From an uncultured Candidatus Rokubacteria bacterium (GTDB taxonomy: Bacteria > Methylomirabilota > Methylomirabilia > Rokubacteriales > CSP1-6): a stretch of DNA of 64,000 bases. This document shows, piece by piece, positions 28,331 to 37,143 of the stretch. Location: contig CAVXJS010000019.1 of the NCBI GenBank assembly GCA_963762145.1, positions 224,001 to 288,000 on the forward strand, written 5' to 3'. Under the pieces are notes generated by a model that worked only from the letters and a program-made list of their open reading frames with translations, made no database searches and was not told the DNA's origin. The position numbers were made by a program, and so were the translations under genes. The stretch's first letter is position 1. Each line of letters starts with the position of its first letter.

Positions 28331-28639
28331 GACCGCCACCTCGAGGGGTGGAGCATGCTAGGCCCGCGTTGATCGTGGTGTCAAGACTGGGAAGGCTCCT
28401 GCCTACTCAGGGAGCAGGAGCGCCCAAGCTTGGTGCGGTGGTTCCCATCGTTCGGCGCGCAGGCTGCGCACGTGGCGGCCTCGAGGGCTCGGATGCGAGC
28501 ATCGCTTGAACCCGGGTGTCGAGCGACGATGGGTAAGTGACTGATGCGGATGATGTCGTCGTATGCAAGTCGTGCAGGGTCCGCTGGCGCGCGAGCCGGG
28601 GACTTGGCGGCGGCAGACGCGCCGCGAGTCGGGTCCGGG

Positions 28640-28655
28640 TGGCACCGAGTTTGCC
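28640..28655 (+). promoter_or_regulatory. Sigma-54 promoter
   Basis: TGGCACCGAGTTTGCC. Confidence 0.78.
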
Positions 28656-28669
28656 GAGTATCGACCGCC

Positions 28670-28840
28670 TTGAAAGTCATTTGCTCGCGGTGTCAGGAGG
28701 AAGGGAAACCGAGCCTCCTGGTCACGATCGACATCCCGGGTGATGACCGCGAGATCCATGGGCTCTGCTGGACGCACCGGCTCCGCCTCCTGGCCAGGTC
28801 GACCGACTCGACACCCCCTCGCGAGCCCGGCGCGCGCTGA
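28670..28840 (+). CDS. Small putative Zn-binding protein (CxxC...HxxCxxH)
   Basis: TTG start, MKVICSRCQEEG...IHGLCWTH; directly after a sigma-54 promoter. Confidence 0.6.
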   Translation: MKVICSRCQEEGKPSLLVTIDIPGDDREIHGLCWTHRLRLLARSTDSTPPREPGAR

Positions 28841-28841
28841 C

Positions 28842-29573
28842 ATGCTGTTCGGGGGACGGATTCGCCGGATGTCGATCTGGTTCTGGCGAACCGTCCCGGC
28901 CCGGCGGCTACTGGTGATCGTCGGGCCGGGACGGCCCGCGCTGGTGCCCCGGATCGAGCGGCTCTTCGAGGGCGAGCCCGGCACGGTGGACGTGGTGCTC
29001 GACCGCAGGCGCCGCGAGCGCCGCATCGTGGTCATGACGCGCCAGCCGGAGCGGCGGAGGCGGGACCGGCGGCGGCCGCGGGGCGGTGGCCGGTCGCGCG
29101 ACGTCTCGGTGGTGATTCGGCGCGAATCCGCGCCCGGACTGGATTACACTCCCCCCATTCATGCGGCTCATGCCGCTCCCATTCATGTGAAAGGAGAAGT
29201 TCGAACGATGAATGTCGAATCCAAGCAAACGCGCGACGGAGACGACGTGCGGCGCTGGCTCGAGGCGGGGCAGACGCAGCTCGCCTCGCTCCTGGAGCTG
29301 CTGCACGAGCACGACCGGCTCCGCGATCGCGTGGAGTCTTCCGAGCGGGAGAACGAGCGGCTCCGGGGTGTCACCTACGAGAACGAACAGCTCCGCAATC
29401 GACTCGAGACCTCCGAGCGTCAGGCCGAGCACCTCCGTCAGAGCATGACCGAGCTGCGCACCGAGAACGAGCGGCACCAGAAGGAACGCGAGGAGGCCGC
29501 CGAGCGGCTCAATCATCTCGTCAACGAGATCGCGCAACGCCTGCGTCCCGGCGCGGGAGTCTCGCGCAGCTGA
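28842..29573 (+). CDS. Arg-rich (DRR/ERR) domain in frame with a coiled-coil protein that has its own SD and ATG at 29208
   Basis: VVLDRRRRERR...ERRRRDRR; AAAGGAG before ATG 29208; heptad repeats. Confidence 0.55.
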   Translation: MLFGGRIRRMSIWFWRTVPARRLLVIVGPGRPALVPRIERLFEGEPGTVDVVLDRRRRERRIVVMTRQPERRRRDRRRPRGGGRSRDVSVVIRRESAPGLDYTPPIHAAHAAPIHVKGEVRTMNVESKQTRDGDDVRRWLEAGQTQLASLLELLHEHDRLRDRVESSERENERLRGVTYENEQLRNRLETSERQAEHLRQSMTELRTENERHQKEREEAAERLNHLVNEIAQRLRPGAGVSRS

Positions 29574-29668
29574 GAACCTCGTCGCCAATTTTTGTCCGCT
29601 TCCCGGCGGTCGCGTGCCGCCGGGCGGCGGCGAGCGCGATTTTTGAGGGGTTTCCCGGACGTCTCCCT

Positions 29669-29684
29669 TGGCACCCCCGATGCA
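29669..29684 (+). promoter_or_regulatory. Sigma-54 promoter
   Basis: TGGCACCCCCGATGCA. Confidence 0.7.
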
Positions 29685-29723
29685 GCCCAACGGGTGCCGA
29701 TCGCGACGCGCAGAAACTTCCCC

Positions 29724-30122
29724 ATGACCGATACCGACAGCGCGAGACCGCGGGTCCTGCTGGTGGACGACGAGGAAGGCGTGCGCATGAGCCTGCGCGC
29801 CCTGCTCGAGCGCGAGTATCGGATCGCGAGCGTCCCGAGCGGCGAGGCCGCGATGGAGGAGCTCCCGCGCTTCCGGCCCGACGTCGTGCTGCTCGACGTG
29901 CGTCTCCTGCCGAGCATGAGCGGCCTCGACGCGCTCGAGCGTATCAAGGCCTTCGACGAGCGCATCGAGGTCGTGATGATCACCGCGTTCGCCTCGCTCG
30001 CCACGCTGAACGAGGCACTGCGCCGCGGCGCCTGCGGCTACCTCATCAAGCCGTTTCCCCGGCGGGATCTCGAGCTGATGGTCCGGGACGCGCTGGACCG
30101 ACGCGGGCCGCGGCTCAACTGA
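29724..30122 (+). CDS. Single-domain response regulator
   Basis: VLLVDDE, VVLLDV, ITA, YLIKPF. Confidence 0.9.
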   Translation: MTDTDSARPRVLLVDDEEGVRMSLRALLEREYRIASVPSGEAAMEELPRFRPDVVLLDVRLLPSMSGLDALERIKAFDERIEVVMITAFASLATLNEALRRGACGYLIKPFPRRDLELMVRDALDRRGPRLN

Positions 30123-30139
30123 GACCTTCGAGCGCGACG

Positions 30140-30168
30140 TTGACAGGATCGGCTCCCCCGGTCAGAAT
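30140..30168 (+). promoter_or_regulatory. Sigma-70-type promoter of pckG
   Basis: TTGACA-N17-CAGAAT. Confidence 0.6.
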
Positions 30169-30210
30169 TTGCCCAGACACTCCAGCTCAAGCGACGGGAG
30201 GGTATCGCCC

Positions 30211-31959
30211 ATGAGTCTCACGAGTCAGGTCGAGAAGTGGGTGGATGAAGTCGCCGAGCTGACCGAGCCGGCGAGAGTCGCGTGGGCGGATGGCTCGAAG
30301 GCAGAGTACGAGCGCCTGATCGCCGACATGCTGCGGGACGGCACGCTGCTTCCGCTGAACTCCCGGACGTACCCGAACTGCTACCTGCACCGCAGCCACC
30401 CCACCGACGTGGCCCGCACCGAGCAGCTCACCTTCATCTGCACGCGGAGCCGGGAGGACGCGGGGCCGACCAACAACTGGATGGCCCCCGCGGAGGGCAA
30501 GGAGAAGCTGCGCGCGCTCTTCCGCGGGTGCATGCGCGGGCGCGCGATGTGGGTGATCCCGTACCTCATGGGCCCGGCCGGCTCGTCCATGAGCCGGGTG
30601 GGCGTCATGGTCACGGACAGCGCGTACGTGGTCGCGAGCATGCACATCATGACCCGTGTCGGCGCGGTCGCGCTCGAGCACATGCGCGGCCCGGACGACT
30701 TCGTGCGCGGCCTGCACTCGCTCGGGGACCTCTCCCCGGACCGGCGCTTCATCCTGCACTTCCCCGAGGAGCGGCTGATCTGGAGTGTGGGCTCGGGCTA
30801 TGGTGGCAACGCGCTGCTCGGCAAGAAGTGCCACGCGCTCCGCATCGCCTCGTCGCAGGCCCGGACCGAGGGCTGGATGGCCGAGCACATGCTCATCCTC
30901 GGGGTGGAGGACCCCAGCGGCCGGGTCACCTACCTGGCCGCCGCGATGCCGAGCGCGTCCGGGAAGACGAACCTGGCCATGGTGGTGTCGAGCCTGCCCG
31001 GCTATCGCGTGTGGACGGTGGGTGACGACATCGCGTGGATCCACGTGGACAAGCACGGGCAGCTCCGCGCCACGAATCCGGAGCGTGGCTTCTTCGGCGT
31101 CGCGCCCAACACGAGCGCGAAGACCAATCCGAACGGGGCGGCGATGGTGCGCTCCAACACCATCTTCACCAACGTCGCGCTGACCCCCGCGAACGAGCCC
31201 TGGTGGGAAGGCATGGGCCCGGAGGCGCCGGCGGGCATGCTCGACTGGCAGGGCAAGCCGTGGACGCCGGGCAGCGGGCCGGCCGCGCATCCGAACTCGC
31301 GCTTCACGGTGCCCGCGCAGCAGTGTCCGTCCATCGCGCCCAACTGGGAGGATCCGGAGGGCGTGCCCCTCTCCGGCTTCATCTTCGGCTCCCGCCGCGC
31401 CCGCGTGGTGCCGCTCGTGTTCGAGGCGTTCGACTGGAACCACGGCGTCTTCCTGGGCTCGGCCATGGGCACCGAGACGACCGCGGCCATCACGGGACAG
31501 GTCGGCATCGTGCGCCGGGACCCGATGGCGATGATCCCGTTCTGCGGCTACAACATGGCCGACTACTTCGCCCACTGGCTGTCCGTCGGGTCTCGCGTGA
31601 AGAATCCGCCGAAGATCTTCCGCGTGAACTGGTTCCGGCGCGACGCGGAGGGGCGATTCCTCTGGCCCGGGTACGGGGAGAACGTGCGCATTCTGAAGTG
31701 GATCGTCGAGCGCATTCATGGAAACACCGGCGGCGAGTCGGTGGAGACGCCGATCGGCCACATTCCGGCGAAGGGGGCGATCGATTGCACGGGCCTCCAG
31801 ATGCCTCCCGGCGCGCTCGACGCGGCCCTGCACGTCGACCGCGAGGAGTGGCGGCAGGCGCTCGATGAGCTCCGTGAGTTCTACGAACAGTTCGGCGAGC
31901 GGATGCCGCCGGCGATCTGGAAGGCGCACGCGGAGACCGCGCGCCGTTTCGGTCTCTGA
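30211..31959 (+). CDS. pckG: Phosphoenolpyruvate carboxykinase (GTP)
   Basis: GSGYGGNALLGKKC, WMAEHMLI, PSASGKTNLAM, VGDDIAW, AHPNSRF, FCGYNM. Confidence 0.96.
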   Translation: MSLTSQVEKWVDEVAELTEPARVAWADGSKAEYERLIADMLRDGTLLPLNSRTYPNCYLHRSHPTDVARTEQLTFICTRSREDAGPTNNWMAPAEGKEKLRALFRGCMRGRAMWVIPYLMGPAGSSMSRVGVMVTDSAYVVASMHIMTRVGAVALEHMRGPDDFVRGLHSLGDLSPDRRFILHFPEERLIWSVGSGYGGNALLGKKCHALRIASSQARTEGWMAEHMLILGVEDPSGRVTYLAAAMPSASGKTNLAMVVSSLPGYRVWTVGDDIAWIHVDKHGQLRATNPERGFFGVAPNTSAKTNPNGAAMVRSNTIFTNVALTPANEPWWEGMGPEAPAGMLDWQGKPWTPGSGPAAHPNSRFTVPAQQCPSIAPNWEDPEGVPLSGFIFGSRRARVVPLVFEAFDWNHGVFLGSAMGTETTAAITGQVGIVRRDPMAMIPFCGYNMADYFAHWLSVGSRVKNPPKIFRVNWFRRDAEGRFLWPGYGENVRILKWIVERIHGNTGGESVETPIGHIPAKGAIDCTGLQMPPGALDAALHVDREEWRQALDELREFYEQFGERMPPAIWKAHAETARRFGL

Positions 31960-31978
31960 GCGGCCGAGGAGATACGGC

Positions 31979-32401
31979 ATGAGCGGTGAGACGCTGCGTG
32001 GAGCCGGGCTCGCGCTGGTGATGCTGGTCGGGCTCGGCGGCTGCTCCCTTATCAGCTCCGACGATGAGTTCCCGCCCGCCCAGCCGCCCGCGGCCGCGAC
32101 GCGCTTCAAGGTCACCGCGCCCGGCGGGTTTCCGGAGGACGTCTACCTGTCGGCGTGGGGGGAGGGCTACGTGATCCACGCCGCCGGCCAGGCTCCCATG
32201 TACCTGATCTCCGACAAGAAGGGCGGCTTCATCATCCAGCGCCCCGGGGAGACGGCTACCTGGGTGTCCCCGCGGCCGGACGGCAGCGGCTGGACCATCC
32301 TCTCCCCCAGCGCGCCGGCCACCCTCCTGCTCAAGCAGAAGGAAGGCACCTGGATCCTGCAGCCGCCCGGCGAGCTACCAACCCTGATCGTTCCGCAATA
32401 G
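31979..32401 (+). CDS. Lipoprotein with short beta-hairpin repeats
   Basis: Lipobox LGG-C; four repeats of G(Y/F/W).I..PG. Confidence 0.7.
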   Translation: MSGETLRGAGLALVMLVGLGGCSLISSDDEFPPAQPPAAATRFKVTAPGGFPEDVYLSAWGEGYVIHAAGQAPMYLISDKKGGFIIQRPGETATWVSPRPDGSGWTILSPSAPATLLLKQKEGTWILQPPGELPTLIVPQ

Positions 32402-32511
32402 ACGCCCCCTCCCGGGGCCTCTGCATAGTGTCAGCTCCCTGACAGTGGCCCTGTCATGGAGCGTCCACCAGCTGCCCTTCGTTGTCGGCTGACTGGCTGT
32501 TCACCTAGATA

Positions 32512-32524
32512 AATCAAGTTGTTA
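32512..32524. promoter_or_regulatory. IHF-type site
   Basis: AATCAAGTTGTTA matches WATCAANNNNTTR. Confidence 0.65.
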
Positions 32525-32540
32525 TCTGTCCTCTGCCTCC

Positions 32541-32556
32541 TGGCAGGGACGTTGCG
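32541..32556 (+). promoter_or_regulatory. Sigma-54 promoter (bactofilin-M23 operon)
   Basis: TGGCAGGGACGTTGCG with an adjacent IHF site. Confidence 0.78.
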
Positions 32557-32668
32557 TACCCGTAGTTGATTCCCACGCGGCGACCCTGTCGAGGAGGCAA
32601 CACACGATGCACGGATGTGCCGGCGCCAAGCTGGCCCTGGTCGGGCGGCAGTAGCGGCCACCCCTGCC

Positions 32669-33082
32669 ATGTGGCCCTGGAAAGCCCGCGTCTCTCCCGC
32701 GACCCGAAAGAAGCTCACCGCCTTCCTCGATGAAGGCTCGGAGATCGAGGGCAAGTACACGTTCACCGGCACGGTCCTCCTCAACGGCAAATTCCAGGGT
32801 GAGATCGCCTCGCCGGATACCCTCATCATCGGCGAGCGCGCGGTGGTCAATGCCACCGTTCGCACGGGCACGCTCGTGGTGAACGGGGAGCTCGTGGGCA
32901 ACGTACACGCGAGCGAGCGGGTGGAGCTCACCGGCAAGGCCCGGGTCTTCGGGGACCTCGAGTCGCCGGTCGTGGTGCTGGACGAGGGCGTGCTGTTCGA
33001 GGGCCACTGCCGCATGCCCAGGTCCGGAGCGTCCGATCCGATGCGGGAGGCCGCGGCGGTGGTCTCCCTCAAGCGGTCATGA
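32669..33082 (+). CDS. Bactofilin (polymer-forming cytoskeletal protein)
   Basis: FLDEGSEIEGK..F.G...LNG.F.GEI...LIIGE.A.V...LDEGVLFEGHCRM. Start is uncertain. Confidence 0.92.
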   Translation: MWPWKARVSPATRKKLTAFLDEGSEIEGKYTFTGTVLLNGKFQGEIASPDTLIIGERAVVNATVRTGTLVVNGELVGNVHASERVELTGKARVFGDLESPVVVLDEGVLFEGHCRMPRSGASDPMREAAAVVSLKRS

Positions 33083-33972
33083 GCGACCGGCACGGCGGCG
33101 GCTTCACCCTGGTCCTGGTCCACAGCCGCGGCACGCGCATGCTTCACGTGGGCTGCCCCAGGTGGCTTCTCTGGGTTGGCCTGACCCTCCTGCTGATGAG
33201 CGGCGCGCTGCTCACCGGGACCTGGATGGACTACTTCGCGCTCAAGCGGGCACAGCTCCAGGCCGCCGCGCTCGAGCGCCGGGTCGAGGAGCAGCGGGCC
33301 GAGATCGAGGTCTTCGAGCTGCGGGTGGCGGAGGTCAACCGCGAGGTGGCCGGCTGGCAGACGATGCACGTGCGCCTCTGGAGCGCGTTCGGCCCCGCCC
33401 CCGGGCACGGGGGCAAGGGCACGGGCATGGGTGGCGCGGTGGCCGTCCTGCCGCTGGTCTTCGCGACCGAAGGGCCTGCTCTGCCACAGCAGCTCGCCTT
33501 CCTGGCCAGCACCGTGAGCGAGAGTGGCGAGAGCCTGCGGGCGCTGGGTCGCTTCGTGGACCGCACGCGCTCGGTGTTCCTCGCGATGCCCTTCCGCTGG
33601 CCGGTCCGCGGGCCGCTGAACTCGCGCTTCGGGCACCGCCCGTCGCCCTGGACGGGCGAGCCCGAGTTCCATCGCGGCCTCGACATCAGCGCCGGCCGCG
33701 GCACTCCGGTGTACGCGCCGGCCACCGGCACCGTGCACTACGCGGGCGCGGGCGGCGAGTACGGCAACATCGTGATCCTCGATCACGGGAACGAGCTGCG
33801 CTCCCTGTACGGGCACCTGCAGGAGGCCCGCGTGAAGCACGGCCAGCGCGTGGAGCGCGGCCAGCTCATCGCTCTCACCGGCAACACCGGCCGCACCTCC
33901 GGCCCCCACCTGCACTACGAGATCCAGGTGCGTGGCCAGGCGGTGGACCCCCGCCAGTACATCTCGGAGTAG
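33079..33972 (+). CDS. M23 family metallo-endopeptidase with TM and coiled coil
   Basis: HRGLD, YGHL, GNTGRTSGPHLHYE. Confidence 0.93.
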   Translation: MSDRHGGGFTLVLVHSRGTRMLHVGCPRWLLWVGLTLLLMSGALLTGTWMDYFALKRAQLQAAALERRVEEQRAEIEVFELRVAEVNREVAGWQTMHVRLWSAFGPAPGHGGKGTGMGGAVAVLPLVFATEGPALPQQLAFLASTVSESGESLRALGRFVDRTRSVFLAMPFRWPVRGPLNSRFGHRPSPWTGEPEFHRGLDISAGRGTPVYAPATGTVHYAGAGGEYGNIVILDHGNELRSLYGHLQEARVKHGQRVERGQLIALTGNTGRTSGPHLHYEIQVRGQAVDPRQYISE

Positions 33973-34044
33973 CCGCGACGTAGGCCCCGCAGTTGTGGTT
34001 TGATCTCCTCACGGTCGACCAATTCCGACGAGGAGGATCCCGCC

Positions 34045-34854
34045 ATGCCCATCGTCTCCGTCAAGGACCTCACCACCGACCTGCTGATCCGCTACGGCTT
34101 CCAGATCCTGGGCGCCCTCGTCATCCTGGGTGTCGGCTTGCTCCTGGCGCGCTGGGTGGGCAATCTCATGGCGCAGTGGCTCGAGCGCCGCAACCTCGAG
34201 CCGCCGGTCCGCAGCCTCATGGTGAAAGCGGTACGGGTCGTGGTGCTGATGTTCACCCTGGTCGTCGCGCTCGACAAGTTCGGCTTCCAGGTGGCGCCGC
34301 TGGTGGCCGGCATCGGGGTGGCCGGCATCGGCATCGGCATCGCGCTTCAGGGCGTGCTGGGCAACGTGGTGGCCGGCCTCAGCATCATCATGACCAAGCC
34401 GTTCCGGGTGGGGGAGTGGATCTCGATCGTCGGAGTCTACGGGCAGGTGAGCACGATCGAGCTGTTTTCCACCACGCTGCTCCATCCCGACCAGTCCCGG
34501 GTCGTGATTCCCAACCGCAAGATCGTCGGCGAGATCCTGCACAATCACGGGATCACCAGACAGCTTGATCTGAAGGTGGGAGTCGCCTACGGGACCGACC
34601 TGTCCAAGGCGCAGGCCACCGCGCTGGAGACGCTGCTCGCCAACCCGCGTGTGCTCAAGATCCCGGCGCCGGAGGTGGGCATCGCGAGCCTGGGTGACTC
34701 GGCGATCATTCTCGCGCTGGGCCCATGGGTGGCGTTGCCCGACTACGCGCCGGCTCAGGGCGAGCTCTACCAGGCGGTGGTGGAGCGCTTCCGGGCCAGC
34801 GGCATCGAGATGCCTGCGCCCCAGCGGGAGGTGCGACTGCACGCGGCGGCCTGA
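34045..34854 (+). CDS. mscS: Small-conductance mechanosensitive channel MscS
   Basis: GIALQGVLGNVVAG...KPFRVGEWI...VVIPN...VGVAYG. Confidence 0.9.
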   Translation: MPIVSVKDLTTDLLIRYGFQILGALVILGVGLLLARWVGNLMAQWLERRNLEPPVRSLMVKAVRVVVLMFTLVVALDKFGFQVAPLVAGIGVAGIGIGIALQGVLGNVVAGLSIIMTKPFRVGEWISIVGVYGQVSTIELFSTTLLHPDQSRVVIPNRKIVGEILHNHGITRQLDLKVGVAYGTDLSKAQATALETLLANPRVLKIPAPEVGIASLGDSAIILALGPWVALPDYAPAQGELYQAVVERFRASGIEMPAPQREVRLHAAA

Positions 34855-34897
34855 GCGCCGCGCGCTCTGCTACGCGGTGCCGGTCGGCGTAGTCGCG

Positions 34898-36055
34898 CTA
34901 CTCGCCGAATGAGGGAGGCCGAGCGACTTCCTGGAGGAGCAGCAAGAGCACCGCGGTGGTGACCAGGCACGGTCCGATCACCTCGAGCCCGGCACGCGTC
35001 GCGAGCAGGCCGGTGAGGCCGGGAATGGCGGCAACTCCAAGACAGGCGCCCGCGACCTGGAAGCCAATTGCGGACGTGGCATGCGCGGACCCGAGGCGAG
35101 CCGGCGTTTCCGCGATCAGCGTCGGGAAGATCGGGGCCAGGGCGAAGCCGAGCGCGGCCAGTCCAACCGGCCCGGCGCCCATGCCTGGATCCCACCAGAT
35201 CAGCACCGCACCGGCCAGCGCCCCAATCGTGCCGATGCGGAGAAGGGCATTCGCGGTGAGTCGGCTCGCGAGCGCTCCTGACACGACGCGGCCGACGGTG
35301 AGTGCCCCCCAGTAGATCGCGATCCAGATGCCCGCGGCGCCCGTCGCGATCCCACGCGCCTCCGTGAAGAGGCTGTAGGTCCACTGGCCGGCCGTCACTT
35401 CGAGGCCCGCATAGACGAAGAAGAGGGCGACGTGGAGCCAGACTCTCGGCCGCCCCACCGTGTCGAAGAGTCCGGCCGCACGTTCGGGCGCAGTGGCCGG
35501 CGAGTCCGGGTCCGAGCGCGCCATCGTCCACAGGGAGATCGTGACCAGGAAGCTCACCGCCATCGCGGCCAGCAGGACGCCGATCCCCGCGTAGCCCCAG
35601 CGCCATCCGAGGCCCGAGGTGAGGACCGCGGTCATCAGGAGCGGACCGAGCATCGCGCCGACGCCGTAGCAGGCGTGAAGCCAGCTCACGAGGCGCGGCG
35701 AGAACCGCGCCGCCGCGAAGGCGTTGATCCCCGCGTCGATGGCACCGGCGCCGAGCCCGGCGAGCAGGCCGGCCGCCACCATCACGCTCCAGGCCGGAGC
35801 CAGCGCGCAGGTGAGGGCATTCACGGCCATCAGCACGCTGCTCCACAGCAGCACGCGCCCGACGCCCAGGCGCGCCACCAGCGCACCGCTGCTGAAGCTC
35901 GAGACGAGATAGCCGATCATGGCCGAGGCGAGCAGCGAGCCGAGCTGCCCCGGAGGCAGGCCGAACGAGCGGCGGATCGACGGCCAGGCCACGCCGAGGA
36001 TCCCGTCCGGGAGTCCCAGGCTGACGAAGGCCAGGAGCGCGATGGCGAGGAGCAC
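34898..36055 (-). CDS. MFS transporter
   Basis: About 12 TM; LGLPDGILGVAWP, GAGAIDAG.N, WLHACYGVG. Confidence 0.9.
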   Translation of the reverse strand: MLLAIALLAFVSLGLPDGILGVAWPSIRRSFGLPPGQLGSLLASAMIGYLVSSFSSGALVARLGVGRVLLWSSVLMAVNALTCALAPAWSVMVAAGLLAGLGAGAIDAGINAFAAARFSPRLVSWLHACYGVGAMLGPLLMTAVLTSGLGWRWGYAGIGVLLAAMAVSFLVTISLWTMARSDPDSPATAPERAAGLFDTVGRPRVWLHVALFFVYAGLEVTAGQWTYSLFTEARGIATGAAGIWIAIYWGALTVGRVVSGALASRLTANALLRIGTIGALAGAVLIWWDPGMGAGPVGLAALGFALAPIFPTLIAETPARLGSAHATSAIGFQVAGACLGVAAIPGLTGLLATRAGLEVIGPCLVTTAVLLLLLQEVARPPSFGE

Positions 36056-36078
36056 GAAGCGGCGCGCTCCGAGACTGA

Positions 36079-37143
36079 CTAGGCGGTCGCCGCCACCGAG
36101 TAGATCGGAACGGCCTCGCGCCGGGTCTTGATCTGGGTGGGCCCGAGGGCCTCGACGTCGAATCCGTTGCCGAGGCCGCTCCGGGTGTTCTCGTCGATGA
36201 GGATGGGCCGGCCGAGCACCTTGGTGTGAGCCTCCAGATGCGCGGCGAGGTTCACCGCGTCTCCCACGCCGGTGTAGGTCATGCGCTGCTGGGTTCCGGT
36301 GAAGCCGGCGATCAGAGGCCCGGAGGCGATGCCGATGCCGATTCGAACCTCGACCGCGCCGCGGCGCGCGCGATCCTGGTTGAAGGCGTCCATCATCTCG
36401 AGCATCTCGAGGGCGGCGCGTACCGCGCGGGTGCGGTGGTCCGTCAGCGGAAGCGGCGCGCCGAAGATCGCCATGAGGCCGTCTCCGAGCATCTGGTTGA
36501 CGATCCCGCCGTGCCCCGCGATCGCGTCGAAGGTGAGGGTGTAGTAGCTGTTGAGGAGCTCGATGGTCTCGGCGGGCGGCAGGGTCTCGGTGAGGCTCGT
36601 GTACGAGCGGATGTCCGAGAACATGACGCTGGCCTCGACCTGCTTGTATCGGCCGTCGAGAGAGCCGCCCGCGGTCAGCACCTCGTCGGCCACCTCGGCG
36701 GTGGCGAACTTCCGGAACAGCTCGCGCTGGAGGTCCCGCAGCCGCTTCTTCTCCAAGCTCGCCGCCACGCGGGCTCGGAGCAGCACCGGATTGACCGGCT
36801 TGAAGAGGTAGTCCTCGGCGCCCATCTCGATGCAGCGCGCGACGCTGTCGACCTCCTCGACCGAGGACATCATGACGACCGGGACGTCCCGCAGGCGCGG
36901 GTCGGCGGCGAGCGCGGCCAGGGTCTGGTAGCCGTCCATCTCGGGCATCTCGATATCGAGCAGGATCAGGTCCGCGCGCCGCTGGCCGAGCGCCTCCAGC
37001 GCCTGGCGCCCGTTCTCGGCGAACGCGACGGTGTGTCCGAGCTGCTCGAGGGCGCGTCCCAGCAGGAGCCGGTTGACCCGGTTGTCGTCGACGACCAGGA
37101 GGCTGCCCGCCGCGGTGCTAGTCGGTGTACTCACGTCGGACAT
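36079..37143 (-). CDS. Receiver-domain class III nucleotide cyclase
   Basis: REC (LVVDD, LLDIEMP, KP); FSDIRSYT, LGDG, GDAVNLAAHLE. Confidence 0.9.
   Translation of the reverse strand: MSDVSTPTSTAAGSLLVVDDNRVNRLLLGRALEQLGHTVAFAENGRQALEALGQRRADLILLDIEMPEMDGYQTLAALAADPRLRDVPVVMMSSVEEVDSVARCIEMGAEDYLFKPVNPVLLRARVAASLEKKRLRDLQRELFRKFATAEVADEVLTAGGSLDGRYKQVEASVMFSDIRSYTSLTETLPPAETIELLNSYYTLTFDAIAGHGGIVNQMLGDGLMAIFGAPLPLTDHRTRAVRAALEMLEMMDAFNQDRARRGAVEVRIGIGIASGPLIAGFTGTQQRMTYTGVGDAVNLAAHLEAHTKVLGRPILIDENTRSGLGNGFDVEALGPTQIKTRREAVPIYSVAATA

Noticed and set aside
28501-28516. ATCGCTTGAACCCGGG resembles an Alu/7SL segment
   Set aside because: Short match with unrelated flanks and no SRP helix-8 motif; treated as chance.
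30940-30980. PEPCK P-loop PSASGKT instead of PSACGKT
   Set aside because: Single conservative change with all other motifs intact.
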